64,000 bases of DNA, taken from the human T2T-CHM13v2.0 reference genome, Homo sapiens. The first letter of the stretch is position 1. Each line of letters begins with the position of its first letter. The notes below the pieces were generated by a model. That model was not told where the DNA came from and did no database searches. It saw nothing but the letters and a program-made list of their open reading frames with translations. Position numbers and translations under genes: made by a program. Positions 1 through 13,916 of the stretch are shown here, one piece after another. Where the stretch lies: assembly GCF_009914755.1 (NCBI RefSeq), contig NC_060935.1; one strand, given 5' to 3'.

Positions 1-619
1 GGAGAAGATATTTGCCATTTGCCATATTTATAACCCCTAGAAGCTAATGTCTAGACAGGAACCCTGAAAATCAACAGAAGAGGGCAGGAGACCTAGTGGA
101 GAAGTGGGCAAAGCATAGGAATAGACCACCCACAGATGGCTAGTGAGGACGCGAAAAGACCTTCAACCTTATTTTTAATCAGAGTTAAGCAATGAAAACA
201 AAACGCCCCTGGTTTTTGAAGAGAATGGAAACACCTGCAGTCTTACTGATATGTTACATTTAGCGCGTGGTATTTAGTGAGAGGCGTGAGCAGCTATGTG
301 CTTAGCTGCAGCATACAGCGGGAGTCGTTACGTGACTTCTGCCTTTCAAGCACATACAGTGTAATGGGATCCATCCATCACACAAATATACTAGCTCTGT
401 ACACAGCCTTGAGGAGGAGCAATATTTTTGGTTGTTATAAACTGCATTTTTTTTTTTTTGGTATGGCCTTTTGATTCTGGGAAGCACATTCATTCTATGG
501 CTATTGCCTTTTTAGATCATGAAAGCATCATTCCATATTGATGAAGAAGATGTAGATATGGCACTGATCAACACCTCAGTCGCCTTCCTTCCAAAACAGA
601 TACTTCTCAAGAAATCTGG

Positions 620-914
620 GGCCGGGTGTAGTGGCTCACGCCTGTAATTCCAGCACTTTGGGAGGCCAAGGTGGGCAGATCACAAGGTCAGGAGATGGAG
701 ACCATCCTGGTTAACACAGTGAAAACCCATCTCTACTAAAAATACAAAAAATTATCCGGGCGTGGTGGCGGGTGCCTGTAGTCCCAGCTACTCAGGAGGC
801 TGAGGCAGGAGAATGGCGTGAACTCAGGAGGCAGAGCTTGCAGTGAGCTGAGATCGTGCCACTGCACTCCAACCTGGGCGACAGAATGAGACTGTATCTC
901 AAAAAAAAAAGGAA
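620..914 (+). mobile_element. AluY-type SINE
   Basis: Full dimer with Y-type positions (GAATGGCGTGAAC, GAGCTTGCAGTG); TSD AAGAAATCTG at 609-618 and 915-924. Confidence 0.92.
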
Positions 915-1237
915 AAGAAATCTGTTCTCCCAGGCTCCCCATTTCAGCATCCCACTCATTGATCATTGAAAACTCATTCACTAGGTTCACCACTCCTGGG
1001 TGTTATGCTGAGCAATGAGGATATTCATCATGGTGGATTATATGGCAGCAAAGAGCTCAAAAAAGGGTGATGGATGTGGGAAATGGGGGGCAGGAATCTA
1101 GTGGAACACACTTCAGTGGCCAGAAATAATGCATTGTATTTTCATGTAGCAATACATGCCAAAAGCACCAGATTTGCTTAAAACGCAAGAAACAGAACAG
1201 AATTTATAACCATCATGAATTTAAATAACATACACAA

Positions 1238-1696
<459 letters not shown>

Positions 1697-1771
1697 TTAA
1701 ATAAAAACAATGTCTATATAGGATTCATTAGCTGAGGATTGTGATCTATAAAATTCTCAGCACATATATGA

Positions 1772-2098
<327 letters not shown>

Positions 2099-2682
2099 CC
2101 TTTGTTTTTATTTTGCCTACTATTAGTATAGCTTTCTTTGCATGTTATGTCTTTTTCTATCCCCCACTTCTTTTTTTTTTTTTTACATTTTTGAATCCTT
2201 ATGTTTTAGATGCAACTTTTGACTTTACATATAGTTATACATTTTTTAAGAAAACTTGTCTAGCAATCTTTATATGTAAACTAGAGCATTTTGTCCATTT
2301 ACTTGTGAAATAATTACTGAAATATTTGGGTTTAAAACCTATGTTCTTAGTCTGAATTTTCTACTGCATCACCTGATCTATATTTCTTTTTCTCTTCTGT
2401 TCTTTTTGATTAGTGCTTTTTTATTCTAGTTTTTTATGTAATTGTTTGACTGTCATACATGACTTTGGTTAGGAGTCTTGGATCTTCTTTGCTTCTTTTC
2501 AATTTTTGTCATTGTCTCTTGAATCCTTTTTAGTTCTTCATTTCTTTTTGGTTTTTAAAATTTATTGTACTTTTTTACTCATACGTTTGTCCCACTTTAG
2601 ACTTTATTTCTAGAGTGATTTCTTTTAACTCTAATTTTCTCTTAAGTGATGTCCCCTCATTTAGCAATTCTTCTATTTATGA

Positions 2683-2994
<312 letters not shown>

Positions 2995-3345
2995 CTTATT
3001 TATGTCTGGTATCATTTCCTTTCATTGTTCATTAGCTCCTTTGGAAACAGTAGGCTACCACTGTGATCTGTTTCACGGCAGGCTTCCTAGCTTTCTTCCA
3101 TTGCCTCTAGGGACTTACCGAGGGCCCTTGCACCCACTCACCACTAGAGGGAGGAAAACCTTCCCCATTTCAGGAGCCAAATCCAAAATTCATGCTGCGC
3201 TTTTCCAGCACACACCTGTTGGCTCTTTTGAGGTTCCCCTGTTTTCGTCTCTGTTAGATGTTTCTTCGCTTTCTCCTGCACAGACACTGAAACCCTGGGG
3301 GACTGTGGCTCTTGGAAATTTATCCCCACCTTCTTGTACTTTTAG

Positions 3346-3609
<264 letters not shown>

Positions 3610-4704
3610 TAATGAACTCTGCGTTCATGTCTGCTGCCACCTTCTGGAGTTTCCCAGTTTGGATTTTTGAGTAAACTGTCTTAAGCAGCATTTCCTTTTA
3701 ACGTCGTGAAACTAACGATAGCCATGTCCCCTAGCAAGATGCACCTTTGACACACTTTTATTCCCTCTCCTAAAAGTGGCTGAATTAATCTAAGCCTTTA
3801 TTTCTAGATTATTTCATTTTTCCTTACATTGCATCTCTTTTCTCTCAGAAATTTGTCCTGGAAATTCCCACTCTGCTCTTCCCTGGCATTATCAGCAGTC
3901 GCTTAGATCTGTGGGTGTTCTGTGGGAGCTCATTTCTCACCAGCGCTCCCTGTGTGCTCTCTTCCCTCCACCTTTTCCCTCCAGGTTCGCTTGTCTGGAG
4001 ATCATCCTCAGATCACTCTCGTCCCCTCCTCCCCAGTGCGTGATTTCTAAAGCCTTGCCTGTGACACTGGTCAGAGAACAGGCTCAGCGTGGTGGCACGT
4101 CACCATGAAACAGATGGACTTGGCTCAGGGTCCCCAAATGTGTCATTTCCCAGGAACTCCCCTTTCCTGCCGGGAGACTGAGCTCCGAGGACACCTTGGG
4201 CCATTCTGTAACTTCCTGGTTACCTTTAGTTATGGAAAGCCGTTGACCTCATGATTGTAAAAGGCTAATTGAGTGTTTGAATCAGACCGCGCTGGAGCTC
4301 AGCGGTGCTTCACTCCTCCCTCCTCCGACCTTGCCCTGCCTGGGGTCCTTCCGAGGCCCCAGAGGAGAGCGGGAAGCTGGAAGCCATGGGTCTTGTGCAA
4401 GGCCCTGCTTGGCTGGTCGTCAGGACTCAGGGCCCGCCTGCCCCTCTGCGCCTCTAGGGCGGGCATTGAATGCCGAATCCTCCCCGGGCTGAGCCCTCTT
4501 CTCCTGCAAGCAGAGACTGTGAAGATATTTGAGGCCGAGAGGAGGACAGAAGGGAATGGCAGGCTTTTTTGTGAATGTACCAGGCCTGCTGGCAGGCGTT
4601 TCCCAGCTTAGCTGACAGATCAGAACACAGAATCGGTCACCGCACAGGAAAGGGGTTGGACAGAATTGCACCAAGTATACAGTTGATTTACAGACATGAG
4701 AGGC

Positions 4705-4710
4705 TTTATT
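4705..4710 (-). terminator. Polyadenylation signal, KRTAP5-2
   Basis: First AATAAA I see on the minus strand after the stop, about 510 nt downstream. Confidence 0.75.
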
Positions 4711-5222
4711 GCAAGGAAATTCATTCATTATTTTGTTATTTTTTTTTAAACAGATGGAGACAACAGGAAGGAAAGAGACCTTCCTGGTCACACTTGGGCC
4801 ACAGGAGAACAGGCAGCGGCCCAGGAGGATCCAGGGTCCTGATGGTGGTTGAGAAGCTGGTTCTTAGTGATCACTCAGAAACGTCGGCCTGGCCTTGTGG
4901 GGTCAGACCTTGCATCTCAGTCAGCCCAGGGAGAAGAAGAAGATGGTCCACACCCAAGTGCAGGGAACATCGTGGCAGTCGGCTGGGTGCCTGCGTCCAG
5001 GCGAGGACACCTCCCGCATCAGGGAAACACACGTTTCTGGAGTGAGGAGGCTGAAGGCAGGGCCCAGAGGAGAGCTGAGCCATGGAAGGAGGTGTGTGCA
5101 TGGATGGTGAGCTAGAGCAGGTGCAGGTGCCTCAGGGAGGATGTGTGGGACGAACTGACTCAGGGAACCATAAGAAATGCTTTCACCAAACAGGAGAAAC
5201 CTGAAGGTCTGGGTCCAGAGCC

Positions 5223-5726
5223 TCAGATCTTACACTGGCAGCACACAGGGACACAACAGTTGGACTGGCAGCAACAGGGCTTGCAGCAGCTGGACTGGCA
5301 GCACACGGGGACACAGCAGCTGGACTGGCAGCAGCAGGGCTTGCAGCAGCTGGACTGGCAGCAGGATGATCCACAGCCTGAGGAGCAGCAACAGGGCTTA
5401 CAACAGCTGGACTGGGAGCAGCCACAAGAACCACAGCCCCCCTTGGAACCCCCACAGGAGCCACAGCCCCCCTTGGAGCCCCCACAGGAGCCACAGCTGG
5501 TGCAGGAACAGGCTGGCACCCAGGAGCACACGGGCTTGCAGCAGCAGACAGGCACATAACATCTGGAGCCACATCCCCCACAGCTGGAGCTGCAGCCCCC
5601 ACAGCCAGAGCCACAGCCCCCACGGCCGGAGCCACAGCCCCCACAGCCAGAGCCACAACCCCCACAGCTGGAGCCACAGCCCCCACAGCCGGAGCCACAG
5701 CCTCTGGAGCAGCCACAGCAGCCCAT
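5223..5726 (-). CDS. KRTAP5-2: Keratin-associated protein 5-2 (ultra-high-sulfur KAP), 167 aa in this haplotype
   Basis: Intronless [13 protein letters not shown]...CCQCKI with [17 protein letters not shown] and [10 protein letters not shown] repeats. Kozak ACCATGG, TATA at 5809-5814, AATAAA at 4705-4710. Symbol from the distinctive [12 protein letters not shown] residues and the gene order. Confidence 0.93.
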   Translation of the reverse strand: MGCCGCSRGCGSGCGGCGSSCGGCGSGCGGCGSGRGGCGSGCGGCSSSCGGCGSRCYVPVCCCKPVCSWVPACSCTSCGSCGGSKGGCGSCGGSKGGCGSCGCSQSSCCKPCCCSSGCGSSCCQSSCCKPCCCQSSCCVPVCCQSSCCKPCCCQSNCCVPVCCQCKI

Positions 5727-5960
5727 GGTTCTGGTGGATTGAGGGTGGAGCAGGTAGAGGAGCAGGTGAGAGGGAGGTGCAGGTGTGGAGCTCCCTGAGC
5801 CTGGGCTCTTTATATACCTGTCCAGATGTCAGGCATGACACAGGGTCCCTTTCTTGTGACTGTTTACACTATTTTTCCAGAGCTCTATTTTTTTCCTCTT
5901 TGCTAGTGACTTCCTTCTGGCTCAGTTGAGCATCTACTTTCTTTGTTTTCTAAATTTGTC
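5727..5960 (-). promoter_or_regulatory. KRTAP5-2 proximal promoter and 5' leader
   Basis: TATATAAA (rc of 5809-5816); leader shared with the paralogs; conserved TTTCTAAAT at 5947-5955. Confidence 0.85.
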
Positions 5961-6205
5961 TTTTTCCCCATTTGTTTTGGCCCCTACAATTAAAACCTCA
6001 GCTCCAGGCTGTCTGGTTCTTCCTGCAAAGCTCCAGGGTGCTGGTCACCTGCTCTCTGCTGACCACATGTGACCAATGGGCAACAGCCTCTGCCCACGTG
6101 CTCTCATCTTTCCTGTGTTGACTCCCTCAATAATATTAATTTTACATTTTTAAATTTCAAAATTATCCACGATCTTTATACTCATGCCAGTCTCAGCTTT
6201 CCGGG

Positions 6206-7150
6206 TGTGTTAGACCATTCTTTGCATTGCTCTAAAGAAATACTTGAGGCTGGGTAATTTATAAAGGAAAGAGGTTAGAATGGCTCATGGTTCTGCAGGC
6301 TGCACAAGCATGGCACCCACCTCTGCTCAGCTTCTGGGGAGGCCCTCAGGGAGTTTTCCTCACGGTGGAAGGCGAAGCAGGAACAGGCACACCACATGGT
6401 GAGAGTGGGAGCAAGGGGTGAGGAGGAGCCACACACTTGTGAACAACCAGATCTGAGTGAACACACTCATCGCCAAGGGGGTGGCACTAAGTCACTCATG
6501 AGGGATCCACCCCCATGACCCAGACACCTCCCTGCAGGCCCCTCCTTCAACACTGGGGATTACATTTCGACAAGAGATTTGGAGGGGACATCCCAACTAT
6601 ATCATTATCCCCCTGACCCCTCAAATCTCATGTCCTTACATCACAAAATAGGATCATCTCTTCCCAACAGTCCTCTCAATGTCTTGACTCATTCCAACAT
6701 CAAGTCCAAAGTCCCAAGTCCAAGTTCCTTCCACCAATGAACCTGTGAAAATCAAAACACATTATTTACTTTCAAGATACATGACGGTGGAGGCATTGGG
6801 TAAACATTCCCATTTCAAAAGGGAGAAATCAGCCAAAAGGAAGGGGCTGCAGACCTGCATGTCTGAAACCCAGCAGGGCAGCCATTAAATCTTAAAGCCC
6901 CAAAATAATCTCCTTGGACTCCCAGTCCCACATCCAGGTACACTGGGGTGAGGGGTGGGCTCCTAAGGCCTTGGGCAACTCCACCCTTGTGACTTTGGAG
7001 GGTTCAGCCCCCGCAGCTGCTCTCATGGGTTGGAGTTGGGTGCCTGCAGCTTCTCCATGCTCAAGATGCAAGCTGCCAGTGGCTCTACCATTCTGGGTAC
7101 TGGAGGATGGTGTCCTCCTTCTCACTGCTCAGTTAAGCAGTGCCCCTGTG
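6206..7150 (-). mobile_element. MST-type (ERVL-MaLR) LTR at 6206-6604 plus adjoining internal sequence
   Basis: MaLR LTR hallmarks (GGGTAATTTATAAAGGAAAGAGG, GATCCACCCCCATGA, GAGATTTGG), a polypurine-tract junction at about 6605-6620, then MaLR-int-like sequence. Confidence 0.85.
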
Positions 7151-7629
7151 GGGATCATTTACACAAGTAAATGATCCTTCCCCACCCCTCACCCCTGTGG
7201 TGATATCTGTGACCTTGTTCTTCCCAGGGCACACCACTGGGATCTGTCCCATGCACCTGCTTCCAGCCACCCTCCTCTTTCTAGCTCACTTTCTCCAGTG
7301 CTTTCATTCCACCAGAACTCTCGGTCCATTGATACAACCACAGCTTCACTGATCCTCAACCTGTCTGATACCGCTTCTTGTTTTGTTAACAGCTTTATTG
7401 CCATATCGTTGATATACCACACAATTCGCCCATTTAAGGTATGCAATTCAATGCTTTTAGTATGTTCACAGAGCTGTGTACCCATCGCCATAATCAGCTG
7501 TAGAAAATTTCATAACCTCATGCCCTTTAGTACCCCCCACTCACTACCCCACAGGACGGTTCTCCAGGCGGCTTCAGACCAATGCAATTTTCCCCGTGTC
7601 TCACTTGTGGTTCTCAGGCATGACTGCAG

Positions 7630-8527
7630 AGGGAGCTGAACCGACATTTCTGAAGGAAGACGTGCAAATGACCAACGAGAGCTTGAAGAAATCCTCAGCA
7701 TCATTCATCATCAAAGACACACAAGTCAAAACCACAACGAGGTGTCCTCTCATCCCACAGAATGGCCACGATCAAAAAGGCAAAAATAAATCCTGCAGAG
7801 GAAGGGAAGAAAGGGAACTCGTATGCTGTTAGTGGGAAGTTGTACAACCACTAAGGAAAATGGTTTGGAGGTTCCTCAAAAAGCTCAAAATAGAGCTAAC
7901 CCAGCAATGCAACATGATATTTTGATACATGTATACAATGTGTAGAGATCATTCAGAGTGAACAGTATATCATCTCCTCAAACATTTATCATTTCTTTGT
8001 GTTTGGAACACTCAATATCTTCTCCTGTAGCTATCTGCAAATGTGCAATAAATTATCGTTAACCCCAGTCGTCATACAGTGCTACAGAACACTATGGCTT
8101 ATTCCCCCTGTGTGGCTGTAGTTTCGTATCTGTGAACCAGGCTCTCCCCTTTCCCTCCCCCCCACCCCGTTCCCAGCCCCTGGTAACCGCCATTCTACTC
8201 TCTACTCCTGAGATCAACTTCTTTAGCTTGCACCGGTGAGTGAGATCATGTAGTCCATCTTTCTGTGCCTGGCTTATTTCATTTAACATAATGTCTTCCA
8301 AGCTCACCTGTATTGTCACATATGGCAGAATTTTGGTCTGTTTTAGGGTTAAATAGAATTCCATCGTGTCTATACACCATCTTTTCTTTTCCATTACTTT
8401 TCCATTCATCTGTTGACAAGCACTTAGGTGCTTTCATATCATGGCTATTGTGAGCAGTGCTGCAATAAACATAGGGTGCAGATATCTCTTCAACACACTG
8501 ATTTCTTTTCCTTTGGATACACACCCC
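7630..8527. mobile_element. Old L1 fragments (+ at about 7630-7910; L1MA-type 3' end on - at about 7910-8527)
   Basis: Degenerate ORF2 C-terminal and 3'UTR motifs. Confidence 0.75.
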
Positions 8528-8530
8528 ATA

Positions 8531-8596
8531 GAGATCGTGCCACAGCACTCCAGCCTGGGCGACAGAGCGAGGCTCTGTCTCAAAAAAAAAAAAAAA
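8531..8596 (+). mobile_element. Alu 3'-end remnant
   Basis: GAGATCGTGCCAC...GTCTC followed by an A-tail only. Confidence 0.85.
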
Positions 8597-9782
8597 TCCT
8601 AGAAGAAAAGTTAGGAAATTTCCTTCATGATATCGGCCTTGGAAAAAAAAAGTATGGCTAAGTCCTCATAAGCAATTGCTACAAAAACAAAAATTGACCA
8701 GCGGGACCTAATTAAACTGAAGAGCTTCTGCACAGTAAGAGAAACTATCAGGGAGTCAACACTCAACCTACAACATGGGTGAAAATATTCACACGCTGTG
8801 CATTTGGCAAAAGTAATATCTGCAATCTACAAGGAACTTAAACAAATCAACAAGCAAAAGACAAATAACTTCATTAAGAAGTGAGTAAAGGATATGAACA
8901 GGCACTTCTAAAAGAAGACATGCACATGGCCAACAACTATATGAAAAAATGCTCCACATCACTAACTATTCGGGGAATGTAAATCAAAACCACCACGAGA
9001 TACCATCTCATATCAGTCAGAATGGCTTTTGATAAAAAGTAAAAAACAAAACAAAACAAAAAAACCTAAAATCAGATGCTGGCAAAGCTTGAGAGAGAAG
9101 GGAACACTTGTACACTGTCGGTGGGAATGTAAATGAATTCAGCCACCACGGAGAGCAGTTTGGAGATTTCTCAAAGAGCTAAGAATTGAACTACTATTTG
9201 ACCCAGCAATCTCATGATTGGGTATATACCCAAAGGAAAATAAATCAATCTACCAAAAAGACACATGCATCCATATGTTAATTGCAGTGCTATTCACAAA
9301 AGCAAAGATGTGGAATCAACCCAGGTGCCCATCAATGGTGGATTGGATAAAGAAAATGTGGTACATATACACCATGGAATACTACACAGCTGCAAAAAAG
9401 AACGAAGTCATATCTTTTGCAGCAGTATGGATGAAGCTGGAGGCCGTTATCCTAAGGGAACTAATGCAGAAGCAGAAAACCAAATACCACATATTCTCAC
9501 TTATAAGTGAGAGCTAAACTTTGAGTCCACATGGACATAAAGATGAAAACCATAGACACTGGGGAACAAGAGGAGGGAGGAAGGGAGGGAGGGGGCAAAG
9601 GCTGAATACTGGGGAACAAGAGGAGAGAGCAAGGGGGCAAGGACTGAAAAACTACTGGGTACCACAGTCACTATTTTGGTGATGGATTCATTCATACTCC
9701 AAACCTCAGCATCACACAATATACCCATGTGAAAAACCTGCACATGTACTGCCTGATTCTAAAATAAAAGTTGAAGAAAAAG
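8597..9782 (+). mobile_element. L1 (older L1PA/L1PB-like) ORF2 3' part and 3'UTR
   Basis: The 9218-9517 ORF is the L1 ORF2p C-terminus (WNQPRCPSMVDWIKKMWYIYTMEYY); ends AATAAAAGTTGAAGAAAAA; disrupted. Confidence 0.92.
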
Positions 9783-10737
9783 TTCTTTATATACTCTAGA
9801 TACTAGATGCTTATCAGATATCTGATTTGTAAATCTTTTCTTCCTTTATTATGTAGACTGTTCTTTCACTTTGTTGATAGCGTCCTTTGGTGCAAAAATA
9901 TTTAACTTTTGATGGCATCCAATGTATTTGTATTTCTCTTTTGTTGCTGGTGCTTTTGGTGTCCTATCTATGAATCCACACCGAATCCAAGGTCATGTTT
10001 TCTTTTAATAGTTTTATAGATTTGACTCTTAAATGTAGGCCTTTTGACCCATTTTAAATTAATTAGTGTATGTGGTGTGAAGTAGGGGTCCAGCTCATTC
10101 CTGTGCATGTGGATGTCTAGTTTCCCAGCATCATTTGTTGAAGTACTGCTCTTCCTCCATTGAATGATCTGGCACCCTGTCAAAAATCAGTTGGTCATCT
10201 ACATGAGGGTTTATTTCTGGCTCTCAATTCTATTCCACTGGTTTATACATTTATTCTAACAACAGTGCTAAACTGCCCTGATGACTGCAGCTTTGTAGTA
10301 AGTTTTCAAATTGGCAAGTGTGAGCCCTCCAACATTGTTCTTCTTTTTAACCTTGTTTTAGCTATTCCGGGTCCCTTGAGATTCCACATGAACTTTAAAA
10401 TCAGCCTGTGAATTTCTACAAAGAAGCCAGCTGCTTTCCTGATAGAGATTGCATAGACTCTGTAGATCAATTTTGGGGGTATTGCCATCTGAAAAATGTT
10501 AAGTCTCCTGATACATGAACATCAGTCTGCTTTTGGGCTGCCATAACAAAATACCACGGATTTGGTGGCCCAACAACAGGCATTTATTTTCTCACAATTC
10601 AGAAGTCCAAGATCGGGTGCAAGCAACTTTAGTTTCTGGTGAGGGCTCTCTCCTTTGGTTGCAGATGGCCGCTTTCCCACTCTTTGCTCACATGGCCTTT
10701 CCTTTGTGTGTGGAGAGAGAAAGAGTTGGAGGGAGGA

Positions 10738-10773
<36 letters not shown>

Positions 10774-11097
10774 CGAGACAGAGGCAAATGCTCCCTGGTG
10801 TCTCTTCTTATGAAGATGCAAATCCTGTGGAAGCCCTTATGACCTTACGTAACCTTAATTTCTTCCTTGGAGAACTCGTCTCCATATACAACCACAATGG
10901 GAGTGATGGATTCAACATATGAATTTGAAAGAACATGAATATTCAGTCCACAACAAATCTGGGATGTTTTAGATCTTCTTTAGTTTCTTTCAACAGTGTT
11001 TTGTCACTTTCAGAGTTGCAAGTGAGTAGAAATACAATTGATTTTTATATATTGGTCCTGTATTCTGAAAACTTGCTGGATTCATTTATTAGTTCTA
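9783..11097 (-). mobile_element. Old L1 ORF2 fragment interrupted by an MLT1-type LTR (about 10520-10957)
   Basis: ORF2-like translation (AIPPKLIYRVYAISI...LILKFMWN); MLT1-like GGGCTGCCATAACAAAATACCAC...ATTCAGTCCACAACA with (GA)n. Confidence 0.8.
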
Positions 11098-11113
11098 TAA
11101 TCTATAAAACACT

Positions 11114-11419
<306 letters not shown>

Positions 11420-11554
11420 TTACAAATTGACAAGTAGAATACAAACAACCAAGTTTTTAAAAAGATGATTCTCTGATAAACAAATGGAAGTGTGCAATTA
11501 AAAATATAAAAAGTAAATCAGACTCACTGGTAGTCAGATACACGGGATCTTTTC

Positions 11555-11992
11555 TGTGGAGTCCTAATGATGGAAAAGGAGCCAGGTTGGTTGGACCAAG
11601 GGAAAGCAAAAAGAGAAGGCAGATGAACTACAAGTCTGCCTTTCTTCCTGGTGCAGGACTTAGCCCTCCTATGCAAATAACTCACATAACTCACAATCTT
11701 CCTGCACTCAACTTATGACCTCAGTTGATAGAAAAATGCAAATTAGCTCACTGAAACCTTGGCATTATCAGCACTGCATGTAACCCTCTCCGGCACAAGC
11801 ACCATCCTATAAAATCCCCAGCAAGCCTTTGTCTCCTGGCAGCCAGCTCCTCCCTTGCTGACCTGCCCTTTCCATTCTTGCAACGTATTTTCCTACATTC
11901 TCTAATAAATCTGCCTTTCCTTACCTACAACTGTCTTGGTAAATTCCTTTTCTGCCCACGCTAGTGGACTCAGTTAGTGGCTACCTGCAACA
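11555..11992 (+). mobile_element. Solo ERV1 LTR (MER83-like)
   Basis: TG...CA termini, TATAAAA at about 11808, AATAAA at about 11905. Start TGTGGAGTCCTAAT resembles the recalled MER83 consensus. Confidence 0.75.
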
Positions 11993-12794
11993 TTTTATAT
12001 CTACTAGACTGACCAAAATTAACAAGAATAATAACACCTATTGCTAGTGAAATTGGGGGAAAAGGTACTCATACATTGTTCTGGGGATACAATTTATTAC
12101 AGTTTTTTTGAAAACAATATCTAATAAAATTAGGTCATATCAATACAATTAGTCTTGAAATTACTGAAAAAAGATTAAACGTAAACATATTCGTGTATAC
12201 ATATATGTGTATGATCTATTATTTACAGTGTCAGAAAAAGAATCCTAGCAAATTGAAAATTAATACTAAAAGTCATACCCACTAAAAAATAAGATTACAC
12301 CTGTACCAGTGGACTTGGAGAAATTTCCTCAAGGCTCTGGCTAGTGTGAAATGTAGATGCAGAGAAATGAGCCCTGTAGGATCCTATTTTAGTAGCAAGC
12401 AATAAAAATATCTTTTACACATATGTTGAGTGTGTGCCTGGGGTACGTAGGACAGTGGCTGGGTGGAGTGGGGAAGGTGTGTAGGAATCAACAAAAAGAA
12501 AATGACAGTGAAAAGTGAGTCCAGTATGTGTGATCCTACTTGTGGAAAAACTCCACATATATGAATACGCATGCGCGTAAAGAAACATAGACTTACACCC
12601 AGATCTACTTCCTAGGAGAGGCAACCATGATACAAGTTCTAGTGAAAAGAATTAAGTTGCAAAGAAATGTGGATAATAAAATCCGAATTGGTAGCAATAC
12701 CCAATTGTGTATGCGCATCTATTTTTTATACATTGTATGTGCAAGTAGGAGGGTTGGGTGGGGGTGCCTGTGGGGCCTGGCACTGGGGGTGGCT

Positions 12795-13916
12795 TTTATT
12801 GTTTTTTAATTGTGTATATTTAAGACATACAATTCGATGATCTCATATATGTCTACATTGTGAAATAATCACCACAGTCAAGATAATTAAGACATCTGCC
12901 ACTTCACATAGCTCTCTCTCTCTCTCTCTTTTCTTGGTGGTGAGAACATTTAGGATCTACCCTCTCAGTACGTTTTAAGTACATAATAAACACCGTGTTG
13001 TTACCTGTGGTCACTTTGCTATGCATTGGGTCTCCAAGCCTTATTTATCTTGAAGAACTGAAGCTTTGGACCCCTGGGCCAGCACCTCCTCATTTCCCCT
13101 TTCCCTGCCTCTGGTTCCCATGCTTGCACTCTGTGCTTCTGTGAGTTTCACTCCTGTAGACTCCATGTGTGAGGGAGAGCGTGTGATGTCTGTCTTTCTG
13201 TGTCTGCCTCTTTTCACCCTGTGTAATGTCCTCCAGATTTGTACATGTTGTTGTAAGTAACCAGATCTCCTTCTTTTGAAAGCTGAAGAATATTCCATAT
13301 ATACACATATAGATGTATGCATATATTCCACATTTTGAAAAAGTCAAATACATAGAAACATAGAATAGAACAGTAGTTACCAGGGTCTGGAGGAAGAAGG
13401 AAAGGGGGAGGAGGAGGTCAAGGGCTTGCGGTTGTGTAGGAGAGGGAGCCGAGCAGTCCAGTGCACAGTGCAAGGACTACAGGTGACAGTCAGGTGTTGT
13501 GTGTGGCAGGTGTGCTGAGAGAAGACTCCAGGTGCTCCTACCACACACACATACACACACACTAACATCGTACACACACACTTACCCTCATACACACACA
13601 TACACACACACACTCACCCTCATACACATACATACATACATACACACAGTCTCACACACAATTAAAAACACACCTTACACACACTCATACACACATAATC
13701 ATACAAACACACACACTCATACACATGCATACACACTCATACACACACTTATCCAAACACACCCATGCACACACACTTATACACACACATACAAAAAGGA
13801 ACCATGGAAGGTGTTGGAGATATTAATTGCAGCCATCATTTCAGTAGTGTACATGTTTACCACAGCACCATGTTGTCCACCATGAATATGTACAATAAAA
13901 ATAAATGTAAAAAAAG
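12795..13916. mobile_element. Two L1MA-type 3' fragments in opposite orientation (- at about 12795-13330, + at about 13335-13916)
   Basis: L1MA 3'UTR motifs on each strand, with tails pointing outward. Confidence 0.7.
13541..13792. repeat. Imperfect (CA)n-rich tract
   Basis: About 250 bp of CA/CATA repeats. Confidence 0.95.

Noticed and set aside
9218-9517. ORF resembling a real protein domain
   Set aside because: It is the C-terminal fragment of L1 ORF2p in a truncated, mutated element.
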